Under the pieces are notes generated by a model. That model had not been told where the DNA came from. It did no database searches and was given only the letters and a program-made list of their open reading frames with translations. A stretch of DNA of 64,000 bases. Origin: an uncultured Fretibacterium sp. (GTDB lineage Bacteria > Synergistota > Synergistia > Synergistales > Aminobacteriaceae). The stretch spans positions 2,777 through 66,776 of the forward strand of contig CAMHMH010000010.1 of assembly GCA_946186205.1 (NCBI GenBank), written 5' to 3'. Shown one piece after another: positions 36,077-46,150 of this stretch. The translations under genes and the position numbers were made by a program. How positions within the stretch are numbered: position 1 is the first letter of the stretch; the number at the start of each line of letters is the position of its first letter.

Positions 36077-37833
36077 CAGCAGTTGAAGCAATAAATGAAT
36101 TTGTAGAAACAATGTTAGACTGCCGCGAAACGTTAGACAAAATAGAAGGCTCTGACGAAAAATTATCGCAGTGCATAAAGACATTCGCCGAAAGAATTTC
36201 AGACATCACGAAACCGAACGCGCAATCAGATAATCCCGCAGTCAAAGACATTCAGGAGAGCCAGACAGAAACATTGCGCGAAATGCTCAAGGACGTAGGC
36301 GCGAAAATGGACGCAACCCGCGAAAATATGAAGTTCATAGTCAGCAACAAAGAGTCATTCAACATCGCAGTGTTCGGAAAAGTGAAGGCCGGAAAAAGTT
36401 ACACGGGCAATTTCATCATGGGCAACGTGATTCGCGGCATGGGTATCAAGACTTCTTACGACAATATTACGCCCCCGAAAGTTACGGTGTATGACAGAGG
36501 CAAAATCACTTCAGCCGAAAAGCTCGCGGAGATTGAGAGCAACGATGACGGATTCATTGTTGACCCTAACGAGGCCACAAGCACAATACAGCTTTTCACT
36601 CTCGGCGGCATGAAATGGATCGACACTCCCGGAATAGGAAGCGTGACTCAGGCGAATGAGCTTCTCGCAAAAGATTTTGTTGACAGCGCAGACCTTGTTG
36701 TCTACATGAGCAACTCTGACGCGGCAGGAACTCATCAGGACTTCAAAGAGCTTGAGACTCTTCACAAGAAAGGAAGAAGATTTCTGCTCCTCCTCACTCA
36801 GTCAGATACGCTTGAGGAAGACTGCGATGACGACGGAAATATTATCGCGACTCTCGTCCCTAAGTCCGACAAAGACCGCAAAAGCATGGAAGATTACATC
36901 TGCGAAACTCTGAAGGAATACGGAATCAATGAGAAGAAGCTTCAGCGAGGCCGGGAGATACTCACAATTTCAACAAAGCTCGCACTTGAAGCACTAAAGA
37001 ATAATGATGAGGCCATGTTCGACGCAAGCAACCTCAAAAAATTTCTCGCAATACTCATCGACATTACACGGAACGAAAGCGCAGACTTGAAACTTGCAAC
37101 CCCCGCGAAAAGAATCAACTCCGCGATTGACGCTATCATGGAAATTTTGACAGGAGCAGAGCATACACTCAGCAAACATTCTCAGAGCCTCAGAGAAACA
37201 GAAGAGAGACTCACCGACAACAACGAAACACTTTTAGCGCAGATGAAAAATGACTCGTACATGAAGATTGAGTCATTCATAACGAGGAAGGCTGAAGAGG
37301 TTGAAAAGGGCGGCGCGTCAGTGAGTGCTTCAGACATTGAGCGCGAAATAAATTCTGTGGTTTACAATTCCGTAATGAATGCTTGCGCCAAAGAATTTTC
37401 CGGGAGCGAGAGAATTTTGTCGTCATACTCTGAGAGCCTCAAGATTCAGGCGGGCGGCGACTTGTCCATGAGAACAGATACGATCACTCACACTCAAAGG
37501 AAAGTCGAGCGTGAAAGAAGAGATCCTACAGGACTGTGGGAGAATATCGGCTCATTCTTCGGAAAAGAATATTACAGCACAAAAACAAGGAACGTAACAA
37601 TCACAACAAAAATAGATCTCGGAGTGAATACAGCTCAGGTAATGGCCTCGATAAGAAGCGGGCTTGATGAAGTATTCATGACTCAGATTCCCGAAATGAT
37701 GAAGAAACTTGCGGATGAGATTATTTCTCCCGTCCGTGATGTTCAGGAAAAAGCAAAGGCTCAAATTTCCGCGACGATAAAAGAGCTTGAAGGCGTGAGA
37801 ATAAAAATTGCTGACACTCATACTGAAGGCTAA
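36073..37833 (+). CDS. Dynamin-like P-loop GTPase 4 (long form)
   Basis: G1 GKVKAGKS, G3 DTPG and a G4-like LTQSD. Long helical stalk-like C-terminus. Carries PTGLWENIGSFFGKEY. ATGA overlap with the preceding gene. Confidence 0.65.
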   Translation: MTAVEAINEFVETMLDCRETLDKIEGSDEKLSQCIKTFAERISDITKPNAQSDNPAVKDIQESQTETLREMLKDVGAKMDATRENMKFIVSNKESFNIAVFGKVKAGKSYTGNFIMGNVIRGMGIKTSYDNITPPKVTVYDRGKITSAEKLAEIESNDDGFIVDPNEATSTIQLFTLGGMKWIDTPGIGSVTQANELLAKDFVDSADLVVYMSNSDAAGTHQDFKELETLHKKGRRFLLLLTQSDTLEEDCDDDGNIIATLVPKSDKDRKSMEDYICETLKEYGINEKKLQRGREILTISTKLALEALKNNDEAMFDASNLKKFLAILIDITRNESADLKLATPAKRINSAIDAIMEILTGAEHTLSKHSQSLRETEERLTDNNETLLAQMKNDSYMKIESFITRKAEEVEKGGASVSASDIEREINSVVYNSVMNACAKEFSGSERILSSYSESLKIQAGGDLSMRTDTITHTQRKVERERRDPTGLWENIGSFFGKEYYSTKTRNVTITTKIDLGVNTAQVMASIRSGLDEVFMTQIPEMMKKLADEIISPVRDVQEKAKAQISATIKELEGVRIKIADTHTEG

Positions 37834-38905
37834 TAACTCGTGCAACCTTCGCTGCTCATATTGCTGTGTCGGCGACAAGTCATCATCATCAATGCTCAAC
37901 GCTGAGGAAATGTCCCGCACTTTGTCGTGGTTTGCGTCAGAAGCGAGAATGCGCGGTGAACATTCACCCTCAATAATCTTTCACGGAGGAGAACCGCTTC
38001 TGATTCCCGTCTCACAGTACCGTGAATGCCTCGACACTTTGCTGAAAGATAACGCAGATTTAGACTTCACGTTTCAGATTCAGACGAACGGGACAATCAT
38101 TAATGATGAGATTATCGCGTTCCTAAAAGATTATGACGTTCAGCCGGGGATTTCTGTTGACGGTCCGCAGGGTGTTCACGATTCGCAGAGGATTAAAGCT
38201 GACGGGAGTCCCTCGTATTCACTTGTCATGAAAAACATTCGGCGGCTCAAGTCTGAGGGGCTTAACGCATGCGGTCTTATGGTTCTGACTCGGAGATCAC
38301 TAAATGCCGGGCTTGAATGGCTCAATGACTTTGCGGAAATGAGAGTCCCAATGAAAATCAATCCGCTTTATTCTGCCGGTGAAGCACTGAAACATGACGA
38401 GCTTTCTTTGAGGCCGGGCGATTATGCTGACTATTTGATTCGAGTCTACGAATATATTTTTGACAATGAGATAAACATCTCGCTGACTCCGATTGAGTAC
38501 ATACTTCAGGGAATAATCAACGACATTACGCCGAGGGGCTGCGTTTTCTCCGGGACGTGTCATGACTCTTTCTTGTGCATTGATTACGAGGGAAATATTT
38601 ACCCCTGCGGAAGATTTGCGGACAGCAAGTCGAACATCGTCGGCAACATTCACACGGGCATAACAAGAGGAGGCCGTCAGATTCTCGCGGGTCTCAAAGC
38701 GTCGAGGACATCAAATATTCGCAGCGAGTGCAAAAATTGCAGGCACGTCAGATTCTGTAACGGCGGCTGCTCTGTCATGAACGGCGCAATGTGCAAAGAC
38801 TTCATGAGATTCACGGACTATCTTTTCAGCAATGGCATCACGAAATACAAGGACTATTTGCTTCACAGGCGGGCGGAAATATGCAGTATGATTTGCTCCT
38901 CCTGA
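37808..38905 (+). CDS. Radical SAM enzyme with a C-terminal SPASM domain (peptide/protein-modifying maturase type)
   Basis: CNLRCSYC (CX3CX2C) near the N-terminus. C-terminal YPCG...CKNCRHVRFCNGGC (CX2CX5CX3C) SPASM signature. No ATG is available; the likely start is TTG at 37808, overlapping the previous gene by 26 nt. Confidence 0.8.
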   Translation: MLTLILKANNSCNLRCSYCCVGDKSSSSMLNAEEMSRTLSWFASEARMRGEHSPSIIFHGGEPLLIPVSQYRECLDTLLKDNADLDFTFQIQTNGTIINDEIIAFLKDYDVQPGISVDGPQGVHDSQRIKADGSPSYSLVMKNIRRLKSEGLNACGLMVLTRRSLNAGLEWLNDFAEMRVPMKINPLYSAGEALKHDELSLRPGDYADYLIRVYEYIFDNEINISLTPIEYILQGIINDITPRGCVFSGTCHDSFLCIDYEGNIYPCGRFADSKSNIVGNIHTGITRGGRQILAGLKASRTSNIRSECKNCRHVRFCNGGCSVMNGAMCKDFMRFTDYLFSNGITKYKDYLLHRRAEICSMICSS

Positions 38906-40560
38906 ACGTTACGAGATACAGCGCAAACGGAGGATGGTTTCATGAATATTTAGGCGGACACATAATCGCGTCATATATATCACAGTTTCAGTTCTCCGCA
39001 AAAGTTTTCTCATGCCACGTTTCAGAATGCACAAAGATAATCACGAACGAAATCACGAAAAGGGGAGTCGAAATTCTCGGCTTCTATGTCGCGGCTGACA
39101 ATGTGATTCTTTCCGGCCATGTCATGAAGTGGGTGAAGGAAAATTTTCCGTGCGTTAAGATTCTCGCGGGAGGCCCTGAATGTTACGCGCTTGGTGAAAA
39201 GTTCATTGCTGAAAGTTTATGTGATTATGTTGTTTACGGCGAGGGGGAAAAGTCCGTGCTTGATATTCTTCGTTATGAGCTTGACGGAATCGGAAGCCGT
39301 GAAAACATCAGAGGCATAAAATACATATCGCCTTCAGGAATTTTCACCGTAAATCCTCCGTCTGAACTGATACATGACCTCGACTCGATTCCATTTCCCG
39401 ACAGAAGTAACAGCTTGAGTCTTGATTTCAGGACAGGTGAATCGATCGGCATTCTTACGGGGAGGGGCTGCCCATTTCACTGCGGGTTCTGCTTTGAGGG
39501 TTCAGCGTCAAAAACTGTGAGGCTTCGTAGCATTGGGAATGTCATCGCGGAGATTGAGTCAGTCAGAAGATACAATCCCTCCTTGAAGTGCGTCAACATT
39601 TACGATGATACTTTCACGCTTAGTCCTGAGAGAGTCAGAAAGTTCTGCGACTACATGAGAACCGCCGGGCTTTTGTGGACGTGTGAAGCTCATGTATCAG
39701 TCCTCTATCACAACCCCGAAATGATTCACATCATGGCCGGGTCCGGGTTAATCGCCGTGCAGATAGGAATCGAGAGCGGGAACAGAAGAGTCCTTGAAGC
39801 CTACAAGAAGAACATCACGCCGGAAATGATTATTGATGTCGTGAGAATGTGCAAGTCAGCAGGAGTTTACCGCGTTGAAGGCAATTACATTTTGGGCGGA
39901 GCTTTCGAGTCAGAAGAGACATTACGGGACAGCATCAGTCACGCAAAATCACTCATCACTAACGGGCGGGGCATAACGGAAATCAACACTGTATTTTTTG
40001 CGCCTTACTTCGGAACGCCTGTAACAAAAAATCCTCAAGCATACGGAATGAGAGTCGACTCTTTCAGGAACGATCACACAGCCGTAACGATGAGGGAAGC
40101 TGTTACTGAGTCAGAAAGTTTTACGGTGAATGAAATCGTGAGGGCCAAAGAAATTTTTGAGCGCGAAATCACAGATCACTATATCGCCGAGGCACTGAAC
40201 ACTGCGAGGGACGAACTAATTCACGGGACATGCAGGAATATTCCCGTTCATGTGAGCAATACGCACTGGATTCGGGCGTGGAGAAATTATCCGCACATCT
40301 CCGACTTCATGGAACACCTTTCGCATGACGAGCAGGAATTTTCGCCGATGAAATTTCCCGTGAGGACTCTCAGCGCGTATACTGTTGAGGGAGATAATGT
40401 TTCAGGTTACGGCGTGAGTCTTTCGGGAGAAGAGTCGAGAGCGATTCTTTTTGCTGACGGAAGGAGGACAGTAAAAAAAATTGCTGAGGAAAACGGAATC
40501 TCCCCAGCAGTTTTTGAGTCTCTGAATAATAAGTGCCTCGTATATTTCTCGGATTTCTAG
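38881..40560 (+). CDS. B12-binding-domain (class B) radical SAM enzyme
   Basis: N-terminal Rossmann-like B12-binding-type region followed by GRGCPFHCGFC (CX3CX2C). ATG at 38881 overlaps the SPASM gene by 25 nt. Confidence 0.75.
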   Translation: MQYDLLLLNVTRYSANGGWFHEYLGGHIIASYISQFQFSAKVFSCHVSECTKIITNEITKRGVEILGFYVAADNVILSGHVMKWVKENFPCVKILAGGPECYALGEKFIAESLCDYVVYGEGEKSVLDILRYELDGIGSRENIRGIKYISPSGIFTVNPPSELIHDLDSIPFPDRSNSLSLDFRTGESIGILTGRGCPFHCGFCFEGSASKTVRLRSIGNVIAEIESVRRYNPSLKCVNIYDDTFTLSPERVRKFCDYMRTAGLLWTCEAHVSVLYHNPEMIHIMAGSGLIAVQIGIESGNRRVLEAYKKNITPEMIIDVVRMCKSAGVYRVEGNYILGGAFESEETLRDSISHAKSLITNGRGITEINTVFFAPYFGTPVTKNPQAYGMRVDSFRNDHTAVTMREAVTESESFTVNEIVRAKEIFEREITDHYIAEALNTARDELIHGTCRNIPVHVSNTHWIRAWRNYPHISDFMEHLSHDEQEFSPMKFPVRTLSAYTVEGDNVSGYGVSLSGEESRAILFADGRRTVKKIAEENGISPAVFESLNNKCLVYFSDF

Positions 40561-41120
40561 TTCATGCAGCGGTCTCGGATAATATCCTTCACTCTTTCGA
40601 CGACGTAATCAAGCCCGCCCGATGTATCAAGAGTTACAGTTCTTGCCATGAGTCCAAGCTCGTAAAGACAATCGTCAATCTTTTCTCCCACACGTGAATG
40701 AAAATCTACTGCCCATTCTTTATTGTCGCTGAAAGTTTTTGTGCGTTCGTGCATTTGTTCGGGAGTTGTGAGCAGCTTTATTCCCCATGCCCTGTCGATT
40801 AGCGGAGACGTGCGCATTAAAGCCGAGAGCCTGCGAAAACTTTTCGGGTTGCGTACTGCGACATACGCGAGATTGCCGGGGTGCCAAGTCTCAGACACAG
40901 AGACTCCCGGGAGATTCGCGAAATTCATATCACGTTCAAGCTCCATTCTCGTAAGCTCAACTTCAAACGACTCGTCCCTTTTGTCGGGGATCCCTTTGTC
41001 CCGGTAAAATATTTCCTTGCCTATCTCGTAGCCGCAGCCCGTTATGATATTGTCCCTCTCAAGCGCACGGAGTATACTCGTCTTCCCGCTCGCATGAGGC
41101 CCGCAAATGAACATGAACAT
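40557..41120 (-). CDS. P-loop NTPase/kinase-like protein (AAA-type small ATPase)
   Basis: Walker A CGPHASGKTS at the N-terminus. 187 aa. Lies 3 nt downstream of mfd on the same strand. Confidence 0.5.
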   Translation of the reverse strand: MFMFICGPHASGKTSILRALERDNIITGCGYEIGKEIFYRDKGIPDKRDESFEVELTRMELERDMNFANLPGVSVSETWHPGNLAYVAVRNPKSFRRLSALMRTSPLIDRAWGIKLLTTPEQMHERTKTFSDNKEWAVDFHSRVGEKIDDCLYELGLMARTVTLDTSGGLDYVVERVKDIIRDRCMN

Positions 41121-41123
41121 GAA

Positions 41124-44100
41124 TTAACCCTCCTGTGTGATTTTGATGTTACGGCCTAATGACTTGAGATATTTTCTCATACGCGCGTCCATTTCACCGC
41201 CGGAAGATTTTACTGTTACAGTTCCTTTCTTGACGGTTACCTGACGAACTCCGAAACGACCGCCGAAATTTTTCGCCGCCGTGAGTCCCGCAAGATATTT
41301 CACCTCTGAAGGTATTGCCCCGAATCTGTCGGACATCTCATCACATAATGCGTCAATCTCATCAAGTCCGACCGCGTTAATCAGCCTGCGGTAAATCGTA
41401 ACTCTCACGTCATCCTGTGGGATATAATGTTCAGGAATGAATCCGCCGCCCCTGTCTGAAATTATTTCGGGCTTCTCTGGTTCTTTCCTGCCTCTGAGTC
41501 TGTCGAGCTCCTCTTCAAGAAGTTTGTAGAAAAGATTGTATGAGCTGTTTCGAGTCGTACCGTGCTGAAGTGTTCCGCCTGCCTCGCCTCCTCCGCGTAT
41601 GTCAAGATCCCTTCTCGCAATCTCGTAGCCTGATCCCAACTCCGTCATTGTTGATATTGCTTCAAGGCGGTCAAGTGTGTCCTGATTGAGCGTTGATTTC
41701 TCCGGGTAAAAGAAGTAAGCGAATGCCTTCTCTCCTCTTCTGCCGACTCTCCCTCGAAGCTGATACATTTGCGCGAGTCCTAACTCTTCTGCGTTGTCGA
41801 TTATTATCGTGTTTGCGCGACCGACATCAAGCCCGCTTTCGATTATCGTTGTCGCTATGAGGATGTCTATTTTTCCATCGTAGAAGTCTAGCATTGTTGA
41901 CTCTAGTTCTTTCTCGTTCATTTGTCCGTGAGCCGTCCTGATTCTTGCGTCAGGGAAAAACGCTTCAAGCATTCTCAGATATTCGGGCATACGTGAAATT
42001 TTTGCTGACAGAAAATATACCTGCCCGCCCCTGTTAAGCTCATACGTGATAGCCCGGCGAATCACTCCCGCGCTGAACTGGCCTGTGTATGTCGTGATGG
42101 GCAGCCTGTCTTCAGGAGGAGTCGACAATACAGAAATGCTCCGTAATCCTCGTAACGCCATCTCAAGAGTACGGGGAATCGGAGTCGCTGAGAGGCTTAG
42201 CACATCCGTTTTGCCGTAAGTCAGCTTCAGGCTCTCTTTGTGCATTACGCCGAACCGGTGTTCCTCGTCAATGATGAGTAATCCCAAGTCCCGGAACTTC
42301 ACCCCCTTCTGCAATAATTTGTGAGTCCCAATGAGAATATCAATCTTTCCTTCTTCTGTTGACTTGAGGACTTCACGCGCCTGCTTTGCTGTGATGAACC
42401 GCGACAAGAGTCCGACGTTCACGGGGAAGCCCGACAACCTCGACTGAAACGCCGCGTAATGCTGCTGAGCCAATATCGTTGTGGGAACGAGCACGCACAC
42501 TTGAAACCCTGACATTACGACACGAAAAGCCGCCCTCAATGCAACCTCCGTTTTTCCGAACCCAACATCACCGACTAACAATCGATCCATAGGGAAATTT
42601 GATGACAAGTCCTTCATGATTTCGTCAACCGCTTTAAGCTGGTCTGCTGTCTCGTTGAAGGTGAAAGCGTTCACAAAGTCATCATATGCGCTGTCGTTCG
42701 GTGCGTAAGGGGGACGGCGTTCAAGCTCACGTTTCGCAAAAATTTCCATGAGCATTAGGGCTTCTTTCTGCGCGCGCTCCTGAGTCTTCTCAAGATTTTT
42801 CTTCCACGATTTGCCTTTGAGGCTGTCAAGTTTTGCTGACTCTGACTCGTGCTCATTGAGTCCCGTCAGTTTTGCCGACTGAATCACGGGTATCAAGAGT
42901 CTTTGGTCATCCGCAAACTCAATCACAAGCACATCAAGAGGCATGCCAGAGTCATTTATCGTTTCGATCCCCCGGAATATTCCCGTGCCGTAATCCTCAT
43001 GAATGACGAGCTGCCCCGGTGATAATTTCCCGCCCTCGTTCCAGTCGTTTGGCGTGTGTCTCTGAGTGAGTGAGACTCCCGCGTTGATGCCGGACAATTC
43101 GCGCTCCGAGATAAAAGCCTTCTTTGCTTCCCTGTTGACAAAACCCGCTGAGAGATTCCCGCCGTGAATCGTGTAGGGCAGTTTCTGATACACCGGGTTG
43201 TTCGTGAAGACTTCAACGCCGAATCCATTCCGTGAAAGCTCCTCGCATGTGTTAAGTATCGTGTATGAATTTCCCCTGAAGGCCGGAAGTGATTCGGTCG
43301 GAAATTCAGCCTCAGATTTAGCGGGGTCATTCGTGATTCGAATCACAGGGAACTTTGCGAGCCTCACAAAAATTTTGTCCCATTCGTCAACAAGATACCC
43401 GGCTTTCTTTTCGTCAAAAACTTCACGCCACAGCCACATGAATGACTCGGCCTGCTGCTCTGTCTTCGATGGCTCATAAAGCGTTATCATCGTGTCGGGC
43501 GGCATGAGTGAGTCAGTCTTTGACCGTTCAGCCTCGGTTATGGCGTGCAAGATTACTTCCTCAAGCTGCATTAATTGAGAGTTAGTTTTCTGAGTGTCAG
43601 GCGAGAACCCTCCGATTCGTTCGATCTGCTCATCAAGAAATTCAAACCTTAACGGCAAAGCGTAAGCAGGATCATAGACATCAAGAATGAATCCTCTTTG
43701 CGCGAACTGGCCGGGAAGCCACACGAGACTCGACGGAGTATAGCCGGAATAAATCAGCCATTCTTTTATCGTGTCGGGACTGATGTTTTCATTGAGCGAA
43801 ATTTTGAGAGCCTTGACACCTACGAGGCATGAAGACATTAACGCACCGGGTGAAGCCGCAAGTACTCCTGACGAATTAGCCCATCGCCGCAATATCTCTC
43901 CGCGTTCTAGAAGCAGCGCATGTATGCTCGCGGCCTGCTGTGATAATGGCATCTCAGGAAGAAGGAATACATTTGCGTCCGGGTGCAGCGTCTTGAAGTC
44001 CTGCGTGAATGCTGAGACCTGAGTCGAGTCCGGGAAAATTGCGAGCGTGTGTCCTCTTGCGGGAGTCAGGTAGGCTCTTGCGGAAATTCCTGCGCGTTCA

Positions 44101-44159
44101 AGAATCGTTTTGTTCTGAAGTGAGCGTGTCAATGATTTCTTTATTGGACGGTTTATCAT
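41124..44159 (-). CDS. mfd: Transcription-repair coupling factor
   Basis: 1011 aa. Central CarD/TRCF RNAP-interacting region, SF2 helicase motifs (GDVGFGKTEVA, IIDEEHRFG) and a C-terminal TRCF domain. Confidence 0.92.
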   Translation of the reverse strand: MINRPIKKSLTRSLQNKTILERAGISARAYLTPARGHTLAIFPDSTQVSAFTQDFKTLHPDANVFLLPEMPLSQQAASIHALLLERGEILRRWANSSGVLAASPGALMSSCLVGVKALKISLNENISPDTIKEWLIYSGYTPSSLVWLPGQFAQRGFILDVYDPAYALPLRFEFLDEQIERIGGFSPDTQKTNSQLMQLEEVILHAITEAERSKTDSLMPPDTMITLYEPSKTEQQAESFMWLWREVFDEKKAGYLVDEWDKIFVRLAKFPVIRITNDPAKSEAEFPTESLPAFRGNSYTILNTCEELSRNGFGVEVFTNNPVYQKLPYTIHGGNLSAGFVNREAKKAFISERELSGINAGVSLTQRHTPNDWNEGGKLSPGQLVIHEDYGTGIFRGIETINDSGMPLDVLVIEFADDQRLLIPVIQSAKLTGLNEHESESAKLDSLKGKSWKKNLEKTQERAQKEALMLMEIFAKRELERRPPYAPNDSAYDDFVNAFTFNETADQLKAVDEIMKDLSSNFPMDRLLVGDVGFGKTEVALRAAFRVVMSGFQVCVLVPTTILAQQHYAAFQSRLSGFPVNVGLLSRFITAKQAREVLKSTEEGKIDILIGTHKLLQKGVKFRDLGLLIIDEEHRFGVMHKESLKLTYGKTDVLSLSATPIPRTLEMALRGLRSISVLSTPPEDRLPITTYTGQFSAGVIRRAITYELNRGGQVYFLSAKISRMPEYLRMLEAFFPDARIRTAHGQMNEKELESTMLDFYDGKIDILIATTIIESGLDVGRANTIIIDNAEELGLAQMYQLRGRVGRRGEKAFAYFFYPEKSTLNQDTLDRLEAISTMTELGSGYEIARRDLDIRGGGEAGGTLQHGTTRNSSYNLFYKLLEEELDRLRGRKEPEKPEIISDRGGGFIPEHYIPQDDVRVTIYRRLINAVGLDEIDALCDEMSDRFGAIPSEVKYLAGLTAAKNFGGRFGVRQVTVKKGTVTVKSSGGEMDARMRKYLKSLGRNIKITQEG

Positions 44160-44250
44160 TGCGTGTAAAAATCTCCGGGAAAAATTTTAGTATGATATAT
44201 TTATCTCTTAATCCCGATTATAACATTCACGTAAGGAGGCTTATTTTCAC

Positions 44251-45114
44251 ATGAAGAACATTGCTTTTATAGGAGCCGGGAAAATGGGCAAGCCTATGAT
44301 TCGCAACTTGATCAAGCTGGGCTTCTCTGTAGACGTTTACGCGCGCTCAATAATGAAGGTGTACGACATAATAAGCAGCGGCGCGAAATATCACAGCTCT
44401 GTTTACGACTGCGCTAAAGATTCTGACGTAGCTATAACGATGCTGGGCTTCCCGAAAGACGTTGAAGAGATCTATTTTGCTTCAGGAGGATTGCTCGACA
44501 GCATGAAGAAAGACTCATACATCATCGACATGACGACAACGAGCCCGTCACTTGCGGAAATGATTCACGGCGAGGCGGAAAAGCGCGGGCTTCATTTTCT
44601 TGACGCTCCTGTTACGGGAGGAGTCAGCGGCGCGAAGAATGCTTCACTCTCAATCATGGCCGGAGGAAATGAAGAAGACTATCAAGCGTGCCTGCCTTTG
44701 TTCCGCGCAATGGGTACGAACATAAACTACATGGGCGGGCCTGGAATGGGTCAGCACACAAAGATTGCGAATCAGATAATCATAGCCGGAACGATTGCGG
44801 GAGTCTGCGAGGCTATGACGTATGCGCGGGCTGAAGGACTCGACATGCCGAAATTCCTGCGCGCAGTCTCGACAGGGGGAGCGAGCTCGAAACAATTGGA
44901 GTCAGCCGGGCCCAAGATCCTTGACCGTGATTTTACTGCGACATTCAGCGTGAAACATTTCGTGAAGGACTTATTGCTTGCTGTTGATGAGGCCGGAAAA
45001 GAGAACTTGAATCTTGATGTGCTTCTTACGGTGATGAGTCATTACAAGCAGCTTGAGACAGACGGATTCGGCGAGAACGGGACTCAAGTCCTCATAAAAT
45101 ATTACGGAGGCTAA
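44251..45114 (+). CDS. NAD(P)-dependent beta-hydroxyacid dehydrogenase (3-hydroxyisobutyrate/tartronate semialdehyde reductase family)
   Basis: IAFIGAGKMGKPM Rossmann motif and typical ~287-aa length. AGGAGG Shine-Dalgarno upstream. Confidence 0.8.
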   Translation: MKNIAFIGAGKMGKPMIRNLIKLGFSVDVYARSIMKVYDIISSGAKYHSSVYDCAKDSDVAITMLGFPKDVEEIYFASGGLLDSMKKDSYIIDMTTTSPSLAEMIHGEAEKRGLHFLDAPVTGGVSGAKNASLSIMAGGNEEDYQACLPLFRAMGTNINYMGGPGMGQHTKIANQIIIAGTIAGVCEAMTYARAEGLDMPKFLRAVSTGGASSKQLESAGPKILDRDFTATFSVKHFVKDLLLAVDEAGKENLNLDVLLTVMSHYKQLETDGFGENGTQVLIKYYGG

Positions 45115-46029
45115 ATGATGAGACGAGTTGCAGTTTTGTGCGGAGGAGACAGCAGAGAGCGTGAAGTGTCATTGCGGAGCGGGAAAGCTGTTGCTGATGC
45201 CCTGAATGAGGCGGGATTTTACGCGGACATGATTGACTTGCTGAGGCTTGAAGATGCTGACAGGGTTAAAGGCTATGACGGCGCGTTCATTGCTATGCAT
45301 GGCGATTGGGGCGAGGACGGGCGGTTGCAGGCTAGGCTCTCAGAGATGGGAATACCGTACACAGGCTCAGGCCCTCACGCTTGCGCGCTGGCAATGGACA
45401 AATGGGAGGCTCAGAAATTTTTTGCGAGCGCGGGAATCCCCGTCCCTAAATCTGTATTCCTTCCCAAAAATTATGATGATGTTGTGCGCGCAATTGGCCG
45501 TAATGTTGTCGTGAAACCCTGCGCGGGAGGTTCAACCGTAGGAGTGTCGATAATCCCGGAACTGACTCCGCAGAATCTCAACGCCGCCGTGAGTCTTGCG
45601 CGTGAAAGTTACGCCGGGGAAGTCATAGCTGAGGAATATATACCCGGCCATGAGATAACGTGCGCTGTCTGGGAAAACAACGGAGCAACAGAAGCATTGC
45701 CCGTGATAGAGATAAAACCGCACGAAGGTTACTACGATTACGCGAACAAATACACAAAGGGCGCGACGGAATATATTTGCCCCGCTGAAATTGATGATGA
45801 GACCGCAAAACGAATCGGAGATTACGCGGTGAAGGCTCATGAGTCGTTAGGATGCAGAGCGTACAGCAGATCCGATTTCCGACTCACTCCTGAAGGTGAA
45901 GCGTATATCCTAGAAGTGAACACCGCACCGGGAATGACAGCAACGAGCCTCGTACCTAAAGCAGCAAGGGCAAGAGGCATAAGCATGGCTGAATTTGTGA
46001 AAGCGATAATGAACATGGCCAAAGTGTAA
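45115..46029 (+). CDS. ddl: D-alanine--D-alanine ligase
   Basis: VAVLCGGDSREREVSLRSG N-terminus, ATP-grasp core and C-terminal LEVNTAPGMT motif. Confidence 0.9.
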   Translation: MMRRVAVLCGGDSREREVSLRSGKAVADALNEAGFYADMIDLLRLEDADRVKGYDGAFIAMHGDWGEDGRLQARLSEMGIPYTGSGPHACALAMDKWEAQKFFASAGIPVPKSVFLPKNYDDVVRAIGRNVVVKPCAGGSTVGVSIIPELTPQNLNAAVSLARESYAGEVIAEEYIPGHEITCAVWENNGATEALPVIEIKPHEGYYDYANKYTKGATEYICPAEIDDETAKRIGDYAVKAHESLGCRAYSRSDFRLTPEGEAYILEVNTAPGMTATSLVPKAARARGISMAEFVKAIMNMAKV

Positions 46030-46150
46030 GATACCCTGTATAATTACATCATCACACAAAAATTTTTCACACAAAATATTTTTACCCTTCAGAAAATCAA
46101 CGGTGAAACATGCCGTGATTAATATAAATTTTGAGGAGGATAAAATTTTC

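Noticed and set aside
31856-37833. The four GTPases could simply have been called an Eleos/LeoABC system.
   Set aside because: The similarity is only at the level of tandem dynamin-like GTPases. The gene number, the triplet-repeat membrane protein and the two coupled radical SAM genes do not fit my recollection of that two- or three-gene system. I therefore left it as an unclassified candidate rather than assigning a known name.
38791-38880. A 30-codon upstream extension of the B12 rSAM ORF, and similarly 46103-46150 for the malic enzyme and 26674-26712 for BI-1.
   Set aside because: The internal ATGs are preceded by good Shine-Dalgarno sequences and give family-typical N-termini. The extensions overlap upstream coding or leader sequence.
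37808-40560. The radical SAM genes might have been prokaryotic viperin-like antiviral enzymes.
   Set aside because: One has a C-terminal SPASM auxiliary-cluster domain and the other an N-terminal B12-binding domain. Neither architecture matches the compact viperin type.
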